Shown here: positions 49,640-62,107 of the stretch, one piece after another
Position numbering within the stretch: position 1 is the first letter of the stretch
How the letters are laid out: every line of letters starts with the position of its first letter
From: Eledone cirrhosa
Lineage: Eukaryota
Length of the DNA stretch: 64,000 nt
Reading direction: 5' to 3'
Assembly (NCBI GenBank): GCA_964016885.1
Contig: OZ024743.1
Span: forward strand, 169,570,001-169,634,000
The notes under the pieces: model-generated
Seen by the model: only the letters and a program-made list of their open reading frames with translations
What the model was told of the DNA's origin: nothing
Database searches by the model: none
Translations under genes and position numbers: made by a program

Positions 49640-51590
49640 TGAAAATTATACAAAAACCAACCAGACTAACTTAGATGATATCAATAGGCAGGGTAAATAT
49701 ATTGCCAAGCAGTTTGACCTGGAGAAATATACAGAATCGTATATTCCTAAAACGCCTAGATTTAATCTTAAAGATCATAAAATAGATTTTCAAAATAACC
49801 CGACCATAAGATTAATTGGTCCATCAACTTCGGATATAGGTAGAATTTGTAAAAGAACAATAGATAGAATTGTCCCACAAATCAAAAATAAAATTACACT
49901 TAACCTTTGGGGAAACACTAAATTGGTTTAGAAATTTAAATAACTATAACAAAATGAAATTTTTACAATTCGACATTTATAATTGCTATGCTTCAATGTC
50001 TCCTTCCCTTTTACTAGCCTCACTGATATAAGAAAACTTGAAATGGAGACTATTTTCGCAACTAGAAGAACTATCATTAAGTTTAATGGGGATTTATGGA
50101 CTAGGAAAAATTGCCCGAATAATTTTGATGTCATTATGAGATCCAGTGACTCGGCCAAAGTTACAGACTTAGTTGGACTGTTTCTTCTAAATAAATTAAA
50201 AGGTAGATTTTTTGCTACGGGGGGAGGGGTTATATCGAGACGATGCCCTCTTTACTTTTTGAAAATTATACTAAATCAACTTTAGAGGGAGTAAGAAAGA
50301 GTATGTATAGATTTTTTAGGAGTATGATTTAAGTATAACTATTGAAAATAATGATAAAATAGTTAACTTTTTAGACATAAAACTAGACTTAGATAAATAT
50401 ACTTGCCAACCTTACCATAAGCCTGGTAAAGTTTTTTATTATGTACATCATTTTTCTAACCACCTTAATTCTATTAAGAATGCAATAGTTAAAAATATCT
50501 CAAATAGAATAACTAATGTGGATGTATTTAATCAAAATGCAAATTATTATAATGAGGCCCTATATAGGTTACAAGGACCAAATAAAATACACAGCTACAG
50601 ATAAGAGAACCTATAATAAAGTTTATACATATAAATGCACATCTCAGAATAATTATAATGACAAATATGAAAATATAAATAATAATAAAACAATAATAAA
50701 AAATGATTAATAAAAATGATATATTGTTCAAACAAACTAATAATATTAAAATTTTGGGAACAGTAATCCAAAAATAAACTCACTTGATAAAAACACCTAT
50801 ACAAGTAAAATATTACACAAAAAACAAATGGTAACAACAATAATAAAAGATTAAAAGGGGAAAATGCCTTTGGTTTAATCCTCCATTAGAGGTTAAAAAG
50901 CTTTTAGCATACCAAAGAATCTTTTCAGTATTGTGGAGAAAAATTTCATTCCTAACCAAAGATATTATAAAATAATTGTTTCTACTTTTGGTACAAGGCC
51001 AGCAATTATCCCAGTGTATTACTGGTACTTTATTTTATCGACCCTGTAAGGATGAAAGGCAAAGTTAATCTCGGCGGTATTTGAACTCAGACCATAAAGG
51101 GCCATAACGTAAAGATATTATAAAATAATTGTTTCTACTTTAGGCACAAGCCAGCAATTACCCAGTGCATTACTGGTACTTTATCGACCCCGTAAGGATG
51201 AAAGGCAAAGTCAACCTCGGCGGGATTTGAACTCAGATCGTAAAGGGACGTAACTATGCTGCAAAGCATGGGTCCGACCCTCTACCGATACTGCCAATCC
51301 ACCGCCGTTATTAAAGATATTATAAAATAATAAATAGAAATAAGGTTAAACTGTCCTTCTTTACTACTTGAAATATAGAGGATTATATAGGAAAGAATAA
51401 CCGAAAGAAAATTAAATTCTACAAATTAAATAGTGAAATAATACTATCTATTCTCTCCCCTATAAATTATAAAAGCAGAAATAAAGGAAATAAAAGGACG
51501 AAACTTGTACAAAGTTTCGTCCTTTTATTTCCTTTAATCGATAGACCTCATAATATTACTGTTACTATTGATATAGCATCTACTTATAAC
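49640..51590 (+). mobile_element. AT-rich Penelope-like element RT, degraded
   Basis: KDHKIDFQNNPTIRLIGP..SDIGRI, FLQFDI, NFDVIMRSSDSAKVTDLVG, YRDD, VNFLDI, PYHKP, LWFNPP. Confidence 0.82.
50977..51310 (-). mobile_element. Two tRNA-SINEs inserted at one site in the PLE
   Basis: Reverse complements of the 10461-10646 SINE at ~50977-51110 and ~51130-51310, bounded by three copies of AAAGATATTATAAAATAAT. Confidence 0.9.
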
Positions 51591-51594
51591 ATTG

Positions 51595-51906
51595 AAAATA
51601 CAGACACGAAAGTGCAAGAAAAGGAGGAGAAAATTAACCGATACCAAGTGGGAATTAAAAAGGATTTGGGATTGTCAAGAGATCACGCTTGTCTCGATTG
51701 CTATAGGAACACTAGGTACTAGAGTTTTCAAGGATGGTTAAAGAAGATTAGTCCAGTCCCGATTTTTGGAACACTTCAAAAGGCATGCTTGATGGGAACA
51801 GCAACAACCCTCCAATACGTCCTGAATATCTGAGGCTGCAGGTAGCGGCTTGAGGTTCATTTGAACAAACTTTCCAGTTAAATAACACCAATGACTGAGA
51901 CGCAAA

Positions 51907-51962
<56 letters not shown>
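51595..51962 (+). mobile_element. R4/Dong family B-like 3' end followed by (TAA)n
   Basis: DTKVQEKEEKINRYQ..LQKACLMGTA..YVLNI, the 3' UTR, then TAA repeats at 51908-51962. Confidence 0.85.
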
Positions 51963-51963
<1 letters not shown>

Positions 51964-54900
51964 GTGCAAGAATTCTGGGAAAAGATCTGGGCCGAAGAAA
52001 AAGTTTATAACATACATGCCCCATGGGTAGACAGACAAATGAAAGATACAGCTCACCTTGAGGAACAAATATGGGAAAATATAACAGTTGAACAGTTGCG
52101 CTTGGCTCTAAGAAAAACCAGCAAATGGAAATCCCCAGGAAAAGACAAAATACAAAACTTTTGGATAAATGCCTTCACAGAGTCTCATGAGCTGTTAGCC
52201 CAACTTTACAATGAAATAGTTAAGGAGCCAGAAAAGATACCATCATGGCTAGTTAACGGCATTACATTCCTGCTTCCGAAGAATGATGAGACAAACAATC
52301 CCAAAAATTACAGACCGATAACTTGCTTGACCACAATGTATAACATTTTAACATCAGTCCTAACTGAATACACATATGACCACCTGATAACAAATGACCT
52401 ATTTCCCATTGAGCAGAAAGGGTGTAAACGAGGCTCATATGGCTGTAAGGATCAGCTTCTGGTTAACAAAATGATACTGGAAGATTGTCATAATAGACAC
52501 AAAAATCTATCGATTGTTTGGATAGATTATAAAAAAGCATTCGATAGTTTGCCACACAGTTGGATTAAAAAATGTTTAGAGATTTTCAAAATATCCCCCG
52601 TTGTCAGGAGGTTTTTGTCATTCAGTATGAAGACATAGAAAACGACACTCCTTTTGAATAATGAAACAAAATCACTGGAAGCTGGAGAAGTTAATATTAA
52701 TTGTGAAATTTTTCAGGGTGACTCTTTATCACCGCTTTTATTCTGCATCGCACTTATACCATTAAGTAAAATGCTCAATGAAACAAAACATGGATATAAA
52801 GTCTATGACAAAACCATTAATCACTTGTTCTACATGGATGACCTGAAACTATTTGCAAAAAATGATGAACAATTGCAAGGGCTATTATCCACTGGGGATC
52901 AGTTCAGTGATGACATTAAAATGGAGTTTGGACTAGATAAATGCGCCAAAGCAACATTCACCAGAGGAAAGCTGCTGAAGGTTTCAGACATTAATCTTGA
53001 TCGGGGGAACGTGATAAGAGAATTTGATCAAGAAAAAACTTACAAATATCTAGGTGTTTGTGAAGGAGACGGAATCAAGCACTCGACAATGAGGGAAAGG
53101 ATAAGGAAGGAATGTTACCGCAGAGTCAGAGCAATCTTAAGAACGGAATTGAATGCAAGGAATAGGATCGATGCCATAAACACGCTTGCCATACCAGTAG
53201 TAACCTACAGTTACAATGTCATCAACTGGTCAAGCACAGAGATCCGTAGGCTCGATACAAAAATTAGAAAACTCTTAACCATGCACAGAATGCATCACCC
53301 TAAGGCAGATATAGATAGAATATATCTCCCTAGGAAAGAAGGAGGACGTGGGTTAATCCAGTTAGACATTGCGTTGAAAACTGCAACAATTGGATTATCT
53401 ACATATCTAAGGGAATCACATGATTGGATGATCAAACTCGTTTTGAAACACGAAAGCATCAAAAGATCATAAACCATTACAAAAGTTGCACAAAGATACA
53501 ATAATGGACTACAAATTTCAGAAGTCCCATTTACTGTTAACCCATCAGTGGTTGGCATCCTCTGGACTGAAATCGGAGACTGAAGGACTGATTATATCAG
53601 CACAACAAAAAATTACCAGGCCAACATAATAAAAAATGGATGCAGCCCATTATGCCGTGTATGCAAAAAACAACCAGAGACCATTGACCATATAATTTCA
53701 ATGTGCAGTCCTATAGCTCCAACCGAATACCTAAACAGGCATGACAGAGCTGCACAATACATACATTGGATAATGTGTAAGCATTTTGACCTGCCCCATC
53801 AAAAGAATTGGTGGGAGCATCAACCACCTCCCATACTTGAAAAAGATCACATCTCAATCTTATGGAACTTTAGCATCCAAACAGACCGAAAAATAGATGC
53901 AAATAGACCTGATATAATATTGAAGGACTTTAAAAAGAGGGTATGCCTGCTAATTGATATGTCTGTTCCAATAGACAAGAATGTATCTATAAAAACATTT
54001 GAAAAATTGAGCAAGTATAAGGACCTGTTCCACAATAGGAGTGATGTCGATAGACTCTGCTTAAGGAGATCTGAAGGTGGAAGAGGTCTTATCAACATAG
54101 AGGACTGTGTTCAGATGGAGAAAAACAACCTACACAAATACGTGACTGATAGTAAGGAGCCAATGCTCAGAACTGTACTGAAGGAGAGGATAATGGACCA
54201 GGGGATGTCCAGGGAGGAAATAACAACAAGGAGAAAGAGCAGCCTTCATGAAAAATCCCTTCATAGTACCTTCTTTGAGAAAACTGAATTCAGAGATCCA
54301 CAGACATGGAACTGGTTGAAAAGAGGAGACCTTAAAAAGGCTACAGAAGGAATGCTAATGGCTGCGCAAGAGCAGGCCCTTAAAACGAAGTGGTTGAAAC
54401 ACCATATTTACAAGGAGGAGGCTAGCCCACTGTGCAGGATCTGTGGAGAGAGGGAGGAGACTGTGGCTCACATTGTATCCGAGTGTAAACACCTAGCCCA
54501 GACTCACTATAAGGGCTGGAGACATGATGTGATGGGCAGGGTGTGCCACTGGCACCTATGCAAAGTAAACAATTTACCACATTCTGAGAAGTGGTATGAG
54601 CATAAGCCAGAGTCGGTGATAGAAAACGATCAGGTGAAGTTGCTGTGGGATTTTAGGATACAGACGGACAAGAAACTGGAACACAATAGACCTGACCTGG
54701 TGGTTTTGGACAAAGAAAAAAGATCATGCCTGATTGTGGATGTGGCCTGCCCATTCGACACGAGAGTGCAAGAGAAGGAGAGGGAGAAAATTAACCGATA
54801 CCAGGACTTAAATTGGGAGGTAAAAAGGATTTGGAACTACCATGAAGTCAAAGTGATCCCGATTGTCATAGGCGCACTAGGTACTATCTCAAAAAGTTTC

Positions 54901-55077
54901 CATGGATGGTTAAAGAAAATTGGCCACGCTTTTTGGAACGCTTCAAAAGGCATGCTTGCTGGGCACAGCAAGAACCCTCCGATACGCCCTGAATATCTGA
55001 GGCTGCAGGTAGTGGCTTTATATTTATTTCAACAAACTTTCCAGTTAACTAACATCAATGACTGAGACTCAAAGAAC

Positions 55078-55110
<33 letters not shown>
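51963..55110 (+). mobile_element. Chimeric R4/Dong element: family A (51963-54026) fused to family B 3' portion (54027-55075), then (TAA)n
   Basis: ORFs 51964-52638, 52654-53472 (LFYMDD) and 53701-55065. The last switches from family A KLSKYKDL to family B FHNRSDVDRL. Confidence 0.9.
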
Positions 55111-55111
<1 letters not shown>

Positions 55112-57518
55112 TAATAGTTGCGTTTGGCTCTTAGAAAAACCAGAAAATGGAAATCCCCAGGAAAAGACAAAATACCAAATTTTTTGATAAATGCCTTCAC
55201 AGAGTCTCATGAGCTGTTATCCCAAATTTACAAGGAAATAGTTAAGGAGCCAGAAAAGATACCATCATGGCTAGTTAACGGCATTACATTCCTACTTCCG
55301 AAGAATAATGAGACAAACAATCCCATAAATTACAGACCGATAACTTGCTTGACCACAATGTATAAAATTTTAACATCAGTCCTAACTGAATATACATATG
55401 ACCACCTGATAACAAATGATCTATTTCCCAATGAGCAGAAAGGGTAAAATAATACTGGAAGATTGTCATAATAGACACAAAAATCTATCGATTGCTTGGA
55501 TAGATTATAAAAAAGCATTCGATAGTTTGCCACACAGTTGGATTGAAAAATGTTTAGAGATTTTCAAAATATCCCCCGTTGTCAGGAGGTTTTTGTCATT
55601 CAGTATGAGGACATGGAGAACGACACTCCTTTTGAATAGTGAAACAAAATCACTGGAAGCTGGAGAAGTTAACATTAACTGTGGAATTTTTCAGGGTGAC
55701 TCTTTATCACCGCTTTTATTCTGCATCGCACTTATACCATTAAGTAAAATGCTCAATGAAACAAAACATGGATATAGAGTCTATGACAAAACCATTAATC
55801 ACCTGTTCTACATGGATGACCTGAAACTATTTGCAAAAAATGATGAACAATTGCAAGGGCTATTATCCACTGTGAAGCAGTTCAGTGATGACATTAAGAT
55901 GGAGTTTGGACTGGATAAATGCGCCAAAGGAACGTTCACCAGAGGAAAGCTGCTGAAGATTTCAGACATTAATCTTGATCAGGGGATCGTTATAAGAGAG
56001 CTTGATCAAGAAAAAACTTACAAATATCTAGGTGTTTGTGAAGGAGACGGAATCAAGCACTCGACAATGAGGGAAAGGATAAGGAAGGAATGTTACCGCA
56101 GAGTCAGAGCAATCTTAAGAACGGAATTGAATGCAAGGAATAGGATCGATGCCATAAACACGCTTGCCATACCAGTAGTAACCTACAGTTACAATGTCAT
56201 CAACTGGTCAAGCACAGAGATCCGTAGGCTCGATACAAAAATCCGAAAATTCTTAACCATGCACAGAATGTATCACCCTAAGGCAGACATAGATAGAATA
56301 TATCTCCCTAGGAAAGAAGGAGGACGTGGGTTAATCCAGTTAGACATTGCGTTGAAAACTGCAACAATTGGATTATCCACATATCTAAGGGAATCACATG
56401 ATTGGATGATCAAACTCGTTTTGAAACACGAAAGCACCAAAAGATCATATTCCATTACAAAAGATGCACAAAGATACAGTAATGGACTACAAATTTCAGA
56501 AGTCCCATTTACTGCTGAAATGGAAAACACAGAAAAAGCAAAGTAGGTAAAAGTAACTGCAAAGAAAGTAACTGCTACAGAAACTGGCTAAGAAATGGCA
56601 AGAAAAGCCTCTGTATGGAAAATACCCAGAGCGAGCTAACAATCCTGATGTTGACAAAACTTTAACCCGTCAGTGGTTGGCATCCTCTGGACTGAAATCG
56701 GAGACTGAAGGACTGATTATATCGGCACAAGATCAGTGTCTGCCAACAAAAAATTACCAAGCCAACATAATAAAAAATGGGTGTAGCCCATTATGCCGTG
56801 TATGCAAAAAACAACCAGAGACCATTGACCATATAATTTCAATGTGCAGTCCTATAGCTCCAACCGAATACCTAAACAGGCATGACAGAGCTGCACAATA
56901 CATACATTGGATAATGTGTAAGCATTTTGACCTGCCCCATCAAAAGAATTGGTGGGAGCATCAACCACCTCCCACACTTGAAAAAGATCACATCTCAATC
57001 TTGTGGAACTTTAGCATCCAAACAGACCGAAAAATAGATGCAAATAGACCTGATATAATATTGAAGGACTTTCAAAGGAGGGTATGCCTGCTAATTGATA
57101 TGTCTGTTCCAATAGACAAGAATGTATCTATAAAAACATTTGAAAAATTGAGCAAGTATAAGGACCTGGAGATAGAAATTGGAAAAATGTGGAAATTGAG
57201 AACTAAAACAATACCAGTGGTTGTAGGCGCTCTGGGAATGATACCTAAGGGGTCTAACGACTACTTATCGCAAATCCCAGGAAACCCGCGTATAGGAGAA
57301 ATACAAAAGATAGTACTAATGGGAACTGCCCATATACTAAGGAAGATCCTGTCAATATAAGTACACCACAAGTCTAAACACTAAGGATGCATGTGTGAAT
57401 ATGTATGTTCTTTCTTGAACATGGCGGACCTTGTTGTCTCTTGAGGTCACTGGTTGTGACTTGGTGATAACTCGTATGAATATAAAGCAAGATAAATGCA
57501 AATAATAATAATAATAAT
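55111..57518 (+). mobile_element. R4/Dong family A, 5'-truncated, followed by (TAA)n
   Basis: ORFs 55118-55447, 55416-56546 (GIFQGDSLSP, YMDD) and 56677-57360 (CCHC, RHD, RPD, KYKDL). 3' UTR matches 26709-26853. Confidence 0.92.
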
Positions 57519-60500
57519 CCGAAGACGCACGAGGTGGCGGAGGTCATGAAATCGCTCCCGTAAGTTTTGAATTTTTAACATATTTAAATCATTTGTGAAA
57601 TAACAACTCTTAGTACAAATGCTACGTAAAGCACCCGGCTTGAGCCCCCAAAAATTCGGACCCAAAATATATTGTTATAAGGCTCAAATATTCAAATATT
57701 CAACTTTGTATTGTACACTGTATATCCAAAAAAGAAAATGGCTATAAATGGAAGAAGAACCCCCCCCCCCTCCTCTCCTCTGTCTACACTATATAGAACA
57801 GCCAAACTCACCAACACCAGAAACTAGATACACCACCCACCTCATCACCTGTGTACACTAAACACAACAGCCAGATAACGGCAATTTCACCACCGCCGCT
57901 CACTACTGCCATCATTACCACCACTATCCCATCACCGCCGCCACCACTCCTTCACTCCTTCACTGCTACCACCGCTACAACACCATCACTACGGTAATAC
58001 GACCACATCACCACCACTGCCTCGGTATCGACATCACCACCACCACTGTCTCAGTATCGCTACCGCCGCCAGTCTCCCACTCCTCCCGGCTGGCTGCTGC
58101 CACCACATTATAGAATTCCTACTACTAAAAAAGAGGAAGGCATCAAAATATATAGATAGACTCAAAAGAAAAAAGAAAAAACAAACAACAAAACCAAAGC
58201 AGCACAGCAACAACAGCAAAAAACGAGAAAAACAAACAGAGAAAAACAAAAACAAAAAAAAACAAAAAACGTAAAGAAAATAAGAATGAAGAGAGAAGCA
58301 GGCGGACGGACAGAGAAGAGGGGGGAAAAACTAAAACTAAAAAAAACAAAAACTAAGTCAGACATTCGAACACTACATTACAATGAAACTTATGCTTATT
58401 CATTTTTGGGGCCCTTTCTGCCTGTGTGTTTGTTTGTTTATGTGTGTTCGTATACAGCGTGGTGATAATGCCACACAAGGGCCAAGTGGAACGGCGAATC
58501 CACAGATGGCTATGTAACCATACATTCGCCAATCCTCGATAAGAGTGTTTAAATATCGAACATAAACAGTTCGAATAACGGTGAAATGGAGACTAGAACG
58601 TCATGTGACAGACTCTCACCCAACAGGTGCCCCCTGGCTCAGCAGCAGGAACCTGACTGTCAACCAAATACTGCTGATGTTGGAGGAAGAAGAAGAAGGA
58701 AAGGGGCCAGAACCAACTGGACGAAAGAATTGAATAGAACTGTTATGCAATGTTACCTGAAAAGTAACCCCAAGGAGAGGGGCTACAGGAGACGGATGCA
58801 TAACATCTGGAACGAGATTGGTCTATTTAAATTAGATGAACAAAAATTGGTCGGGCAGGCTCGGATAATAAGAACTAATGGGTGGATAAGCGAGCTGGAA
58901 CTGGAGGAACTGAGCAGAGAGAATGGCTTGGAGATGGCGGGTGTAGTATGCCAGACAAGCGAGCCAGTGGGAAATGAAGGTGAAGAGGTCCTGAGAACGG
59001 AGGAACCACCCGAAGCAGACAATGATCTGAATACTGAGATAAATAATACCTGGAACAGAGATACGGCCACTGAGGAGATGAATGCTGACGGGCTAGGACA
59101 AGATTCGGTTGACATCCTAAATTTAGTGGTAGATGAATTGAACAATGATAGTGGGAGACCTATGAACCTAAGATTTGTAGACAGGAAAAAGTTAAAAGAA
59201 ACAACAGCTAAGGTAAACAAAGTCGTCACATACCTTGAAGCGAGGAGCCTTCACCAGTGCAACAATATCCTCAAAGCAACAGCAAATACGGTGAGGAAAC
59301 TACTTGGTATAAAAGCGAGAGGAAACAACAGACAAGAAAGAGCAGAGCCGTGGTGGAAGAAACGACTGAGTGGTCAAATCGGGGAAATGAGAAATGACAT
59401 AGGAAAGCTTGAGTCACTACTGAATGGGACACTAAAAAACATAGGCACTAAAAATAGACTGGAAATAAAGTACAAAACTAGGAGGAAAAAGCTAAATATT
59501 ATCATAGAGGAACTGAAGCAACGCATTGTAGCAAAGAGTGCAAAAATCAGGCGATACGAGAACAGAGTCAGTCAGTATAAACAGAACCGCATGTTCGACA
59601 ACAACCAGAAGATGTTGTTTGGACAGCTTGAGGGGAAAGAAAGAGGCAACGACTTGATCCATGGGGCGGAGCAAACTAAACATTCTGCAGAGGAATATGG
59701 GAGCAGGATGTTAGAGATAATGTCCAGGCAGGGTGGATTGAGACAGTACAGAGGGAGATGGGTGAGCAGGCACACCAGCAAACTGATTTGAGTATCACAG
59801 TTGAAACTCTTAAGGGGCAGGCCAAAAAACTAACCAACTGGAAATCACCAGGCCCAGATGGTGTGCAGGGATATTGGATTAAAAATTTAACATCCCTCCA
59901 CCCGAAGCTGACGGCCATGTTCAATGACTGCTTGGTGTCGGGTGAGGTGCCAGAGTGGTTGACAAAAGGTACCACAGTTCTGATAATGAAAGACCGAATC
60001 AAGGGTAATGATGTTACCAACTATAGACCTATTACATGTCTGTCCGTAATGTGGAAACTGTTGACGAGCATTGTGTCTGAGGAAATCTACCATCACCTCC
60101 ACACAAACAACTTGTTACCGGACGAACAGAAAGGATGCCGAAAGAAGTCACGTGGTACAAGTAATGGGGAATTGCAGGAGGAGACACACTGATCTTGCCA
60201 TGGGATGGATAGACTACAGAAAGGCATTTGACATGGTGCCTCATTCTTGGATCACCAAAAGCCTGGAGATCTTCAGGGTGGCAGATAACATCAGACAGTT
60301 GCTGGGCAGGAGTATGGGGTCCTGGGAGACAGAGTTGACATCAACTGGAGTATCCTTGGGAAGCGTGAAGATCAAGAGAGGTATCTTCCAGGGAGATAGC
60401 CTGTCCCCTCTGTTGTTTGTCCTTGCCCTGATGCCCCTGACCATTATGCTGCGAAAAGTGAGAGCAGGATACAAGTTGGGAAAGGGAGAGCTTACCATCA

Positions 60501-62028
60501 ATCACCTCCTCTTCATGGACGATCTTAAGCTCTTCGGGAAAAGTGAGAAGGGGTTGGATGTGCTTGTTGACACTGTCCGTATTTTCAGCAGTGATATATG
60601 TATGCAGTTTGGTATTAGTAAATGAGGAGTCATTGTGATGAGGAGGGGTAGGTTGAGCAGAAGTAACGGGATCCAGATACCAACAGGTGAGATGATAAAG
60701 GAAATTGACTCTGAGGAAGGATACAAGTATTTGGGCGTTCTGGAGGCTGATGACATCAAGAACAAAAAAAGAATGAAGGAATTGATAAGAACTGAATACC
60801 TTCGGAGAGTAAGGAGCGTATTAAAGTCACATCTGAACAGTAGGAATGCCATAAGTGCAGTAAATTCCCGAGCTGTGTCTATTATTAGGTACAGTGCGGG
60901 AATTCTGAGATGGAATGTTGCTGAACAAAAAGAAATGGATAGGAAGACTAGGAAGCTATTGACTATCTACAATAAGTTCCACAAGAGGAGTGATGTCGAT
61001 AGACTCTACCTAAGGAGATCTGAGGGTGGAAGAGGTCTTATCAGCATAGAGGACTGTGTTCAGATGGAGAAAAACAACCTATACAAATACGTGACCTATA
61101 GTAAGGAGCCAATGCTCAGAACTGTACTGAAGGAGGGGACAGTAGGCCAAGGGATGTCCAAGGAGGAAATAACATCAAGGAGGAAGAGCAGCCTTAAGGG
61201 AAAATCCCTTCATAGTACCTTCTTTGAGAAAACTGAATTTAGAGATCCACAGACATGGAACTGGTTGAGAAGAGGAGACCTCAAAAAGGCTACAGAAGGA
61301 ATGCTAATGGCTGCGCAGGAGCAGGCCCTCAAAACGAAGTGGTTGAAGCACCATATTTACAAGGAGGAGGCTAGCCCACTGTGCAGGATCTGTGGAGAGA
61401 GAGAGGAGACTGTGGCTCACATTGTCTCCGAGTGTAAACACCTAGCCCAGACCCACTATAAGGGCTGGAGACACGATGTGATGGGCAGGGTGATCCACTG
61501 GCACCTATGCAAAGTAAACAATTTACCACATTCTGAGAAATGGTATGAGCATAGGCCAGAGGCGGTGATGGAGAACAATCAGGTGAAGGTGCTGTAGGAT
61601 TTTAGGATACAGACGGACAAAAAACTGGAACACAATAGACCTGACCTGGTGGTTGTGGACAAAGAAAAAAGATCGTGTCTGATTGTGGATGTGGCCTGCC
61701 CTTTCGACACGAGAGTGCAAGAGAAGGAGAGGGAGAAAATTAACCGATACCAGGACCTAAAGTGGGAGGTGAAAAGGATTTGGAACTGCCATGAAGTCAA
61801 AGTGATCCCGATTGTCATAGGCGCACTGGGGACTATCTCCAAAAGTTTCCAGGGATGGTTAAAGAAAATCGGCCCCTTCACGCTTTTTGGAACGCTTCAA
61901 AAGGCATGCTTGCTGGGAACAGCAAGAACCCTCCGATACGTCCTGAATATCTGAGGCTGCAGGTAGTGGCTTGATATTCATTCCAACGGACTTTCCAGTT
62001 AACCAACATCAATGACTGAGATTCAAGG
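57519..62028 (+). mobile_element. Near full-length R4/Dong LINE family B, including ~1.07 kb 5' leader
   Basis: ATG 58586; ORF pieces through 61954: WKSPGPDG, WIDYRKAFD, LFMDD, YKYLG, CRIC..HIVSEC, RHD, RPD, DVACP. (TAA)n at 62029-62105. Confidence 0.92.
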
Positions 62029-62037
62029 AATAACAAC

Positions 62038-62105
<68 letters not shown>

Positions 62106-62107
<2 letters not shown>

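Noticed and set aside
51496-51510. GGACGAAAC as a hammerhead half
   Set aside because: There is no upstream CTGANGA; the sequence is part of a simple palindrome.
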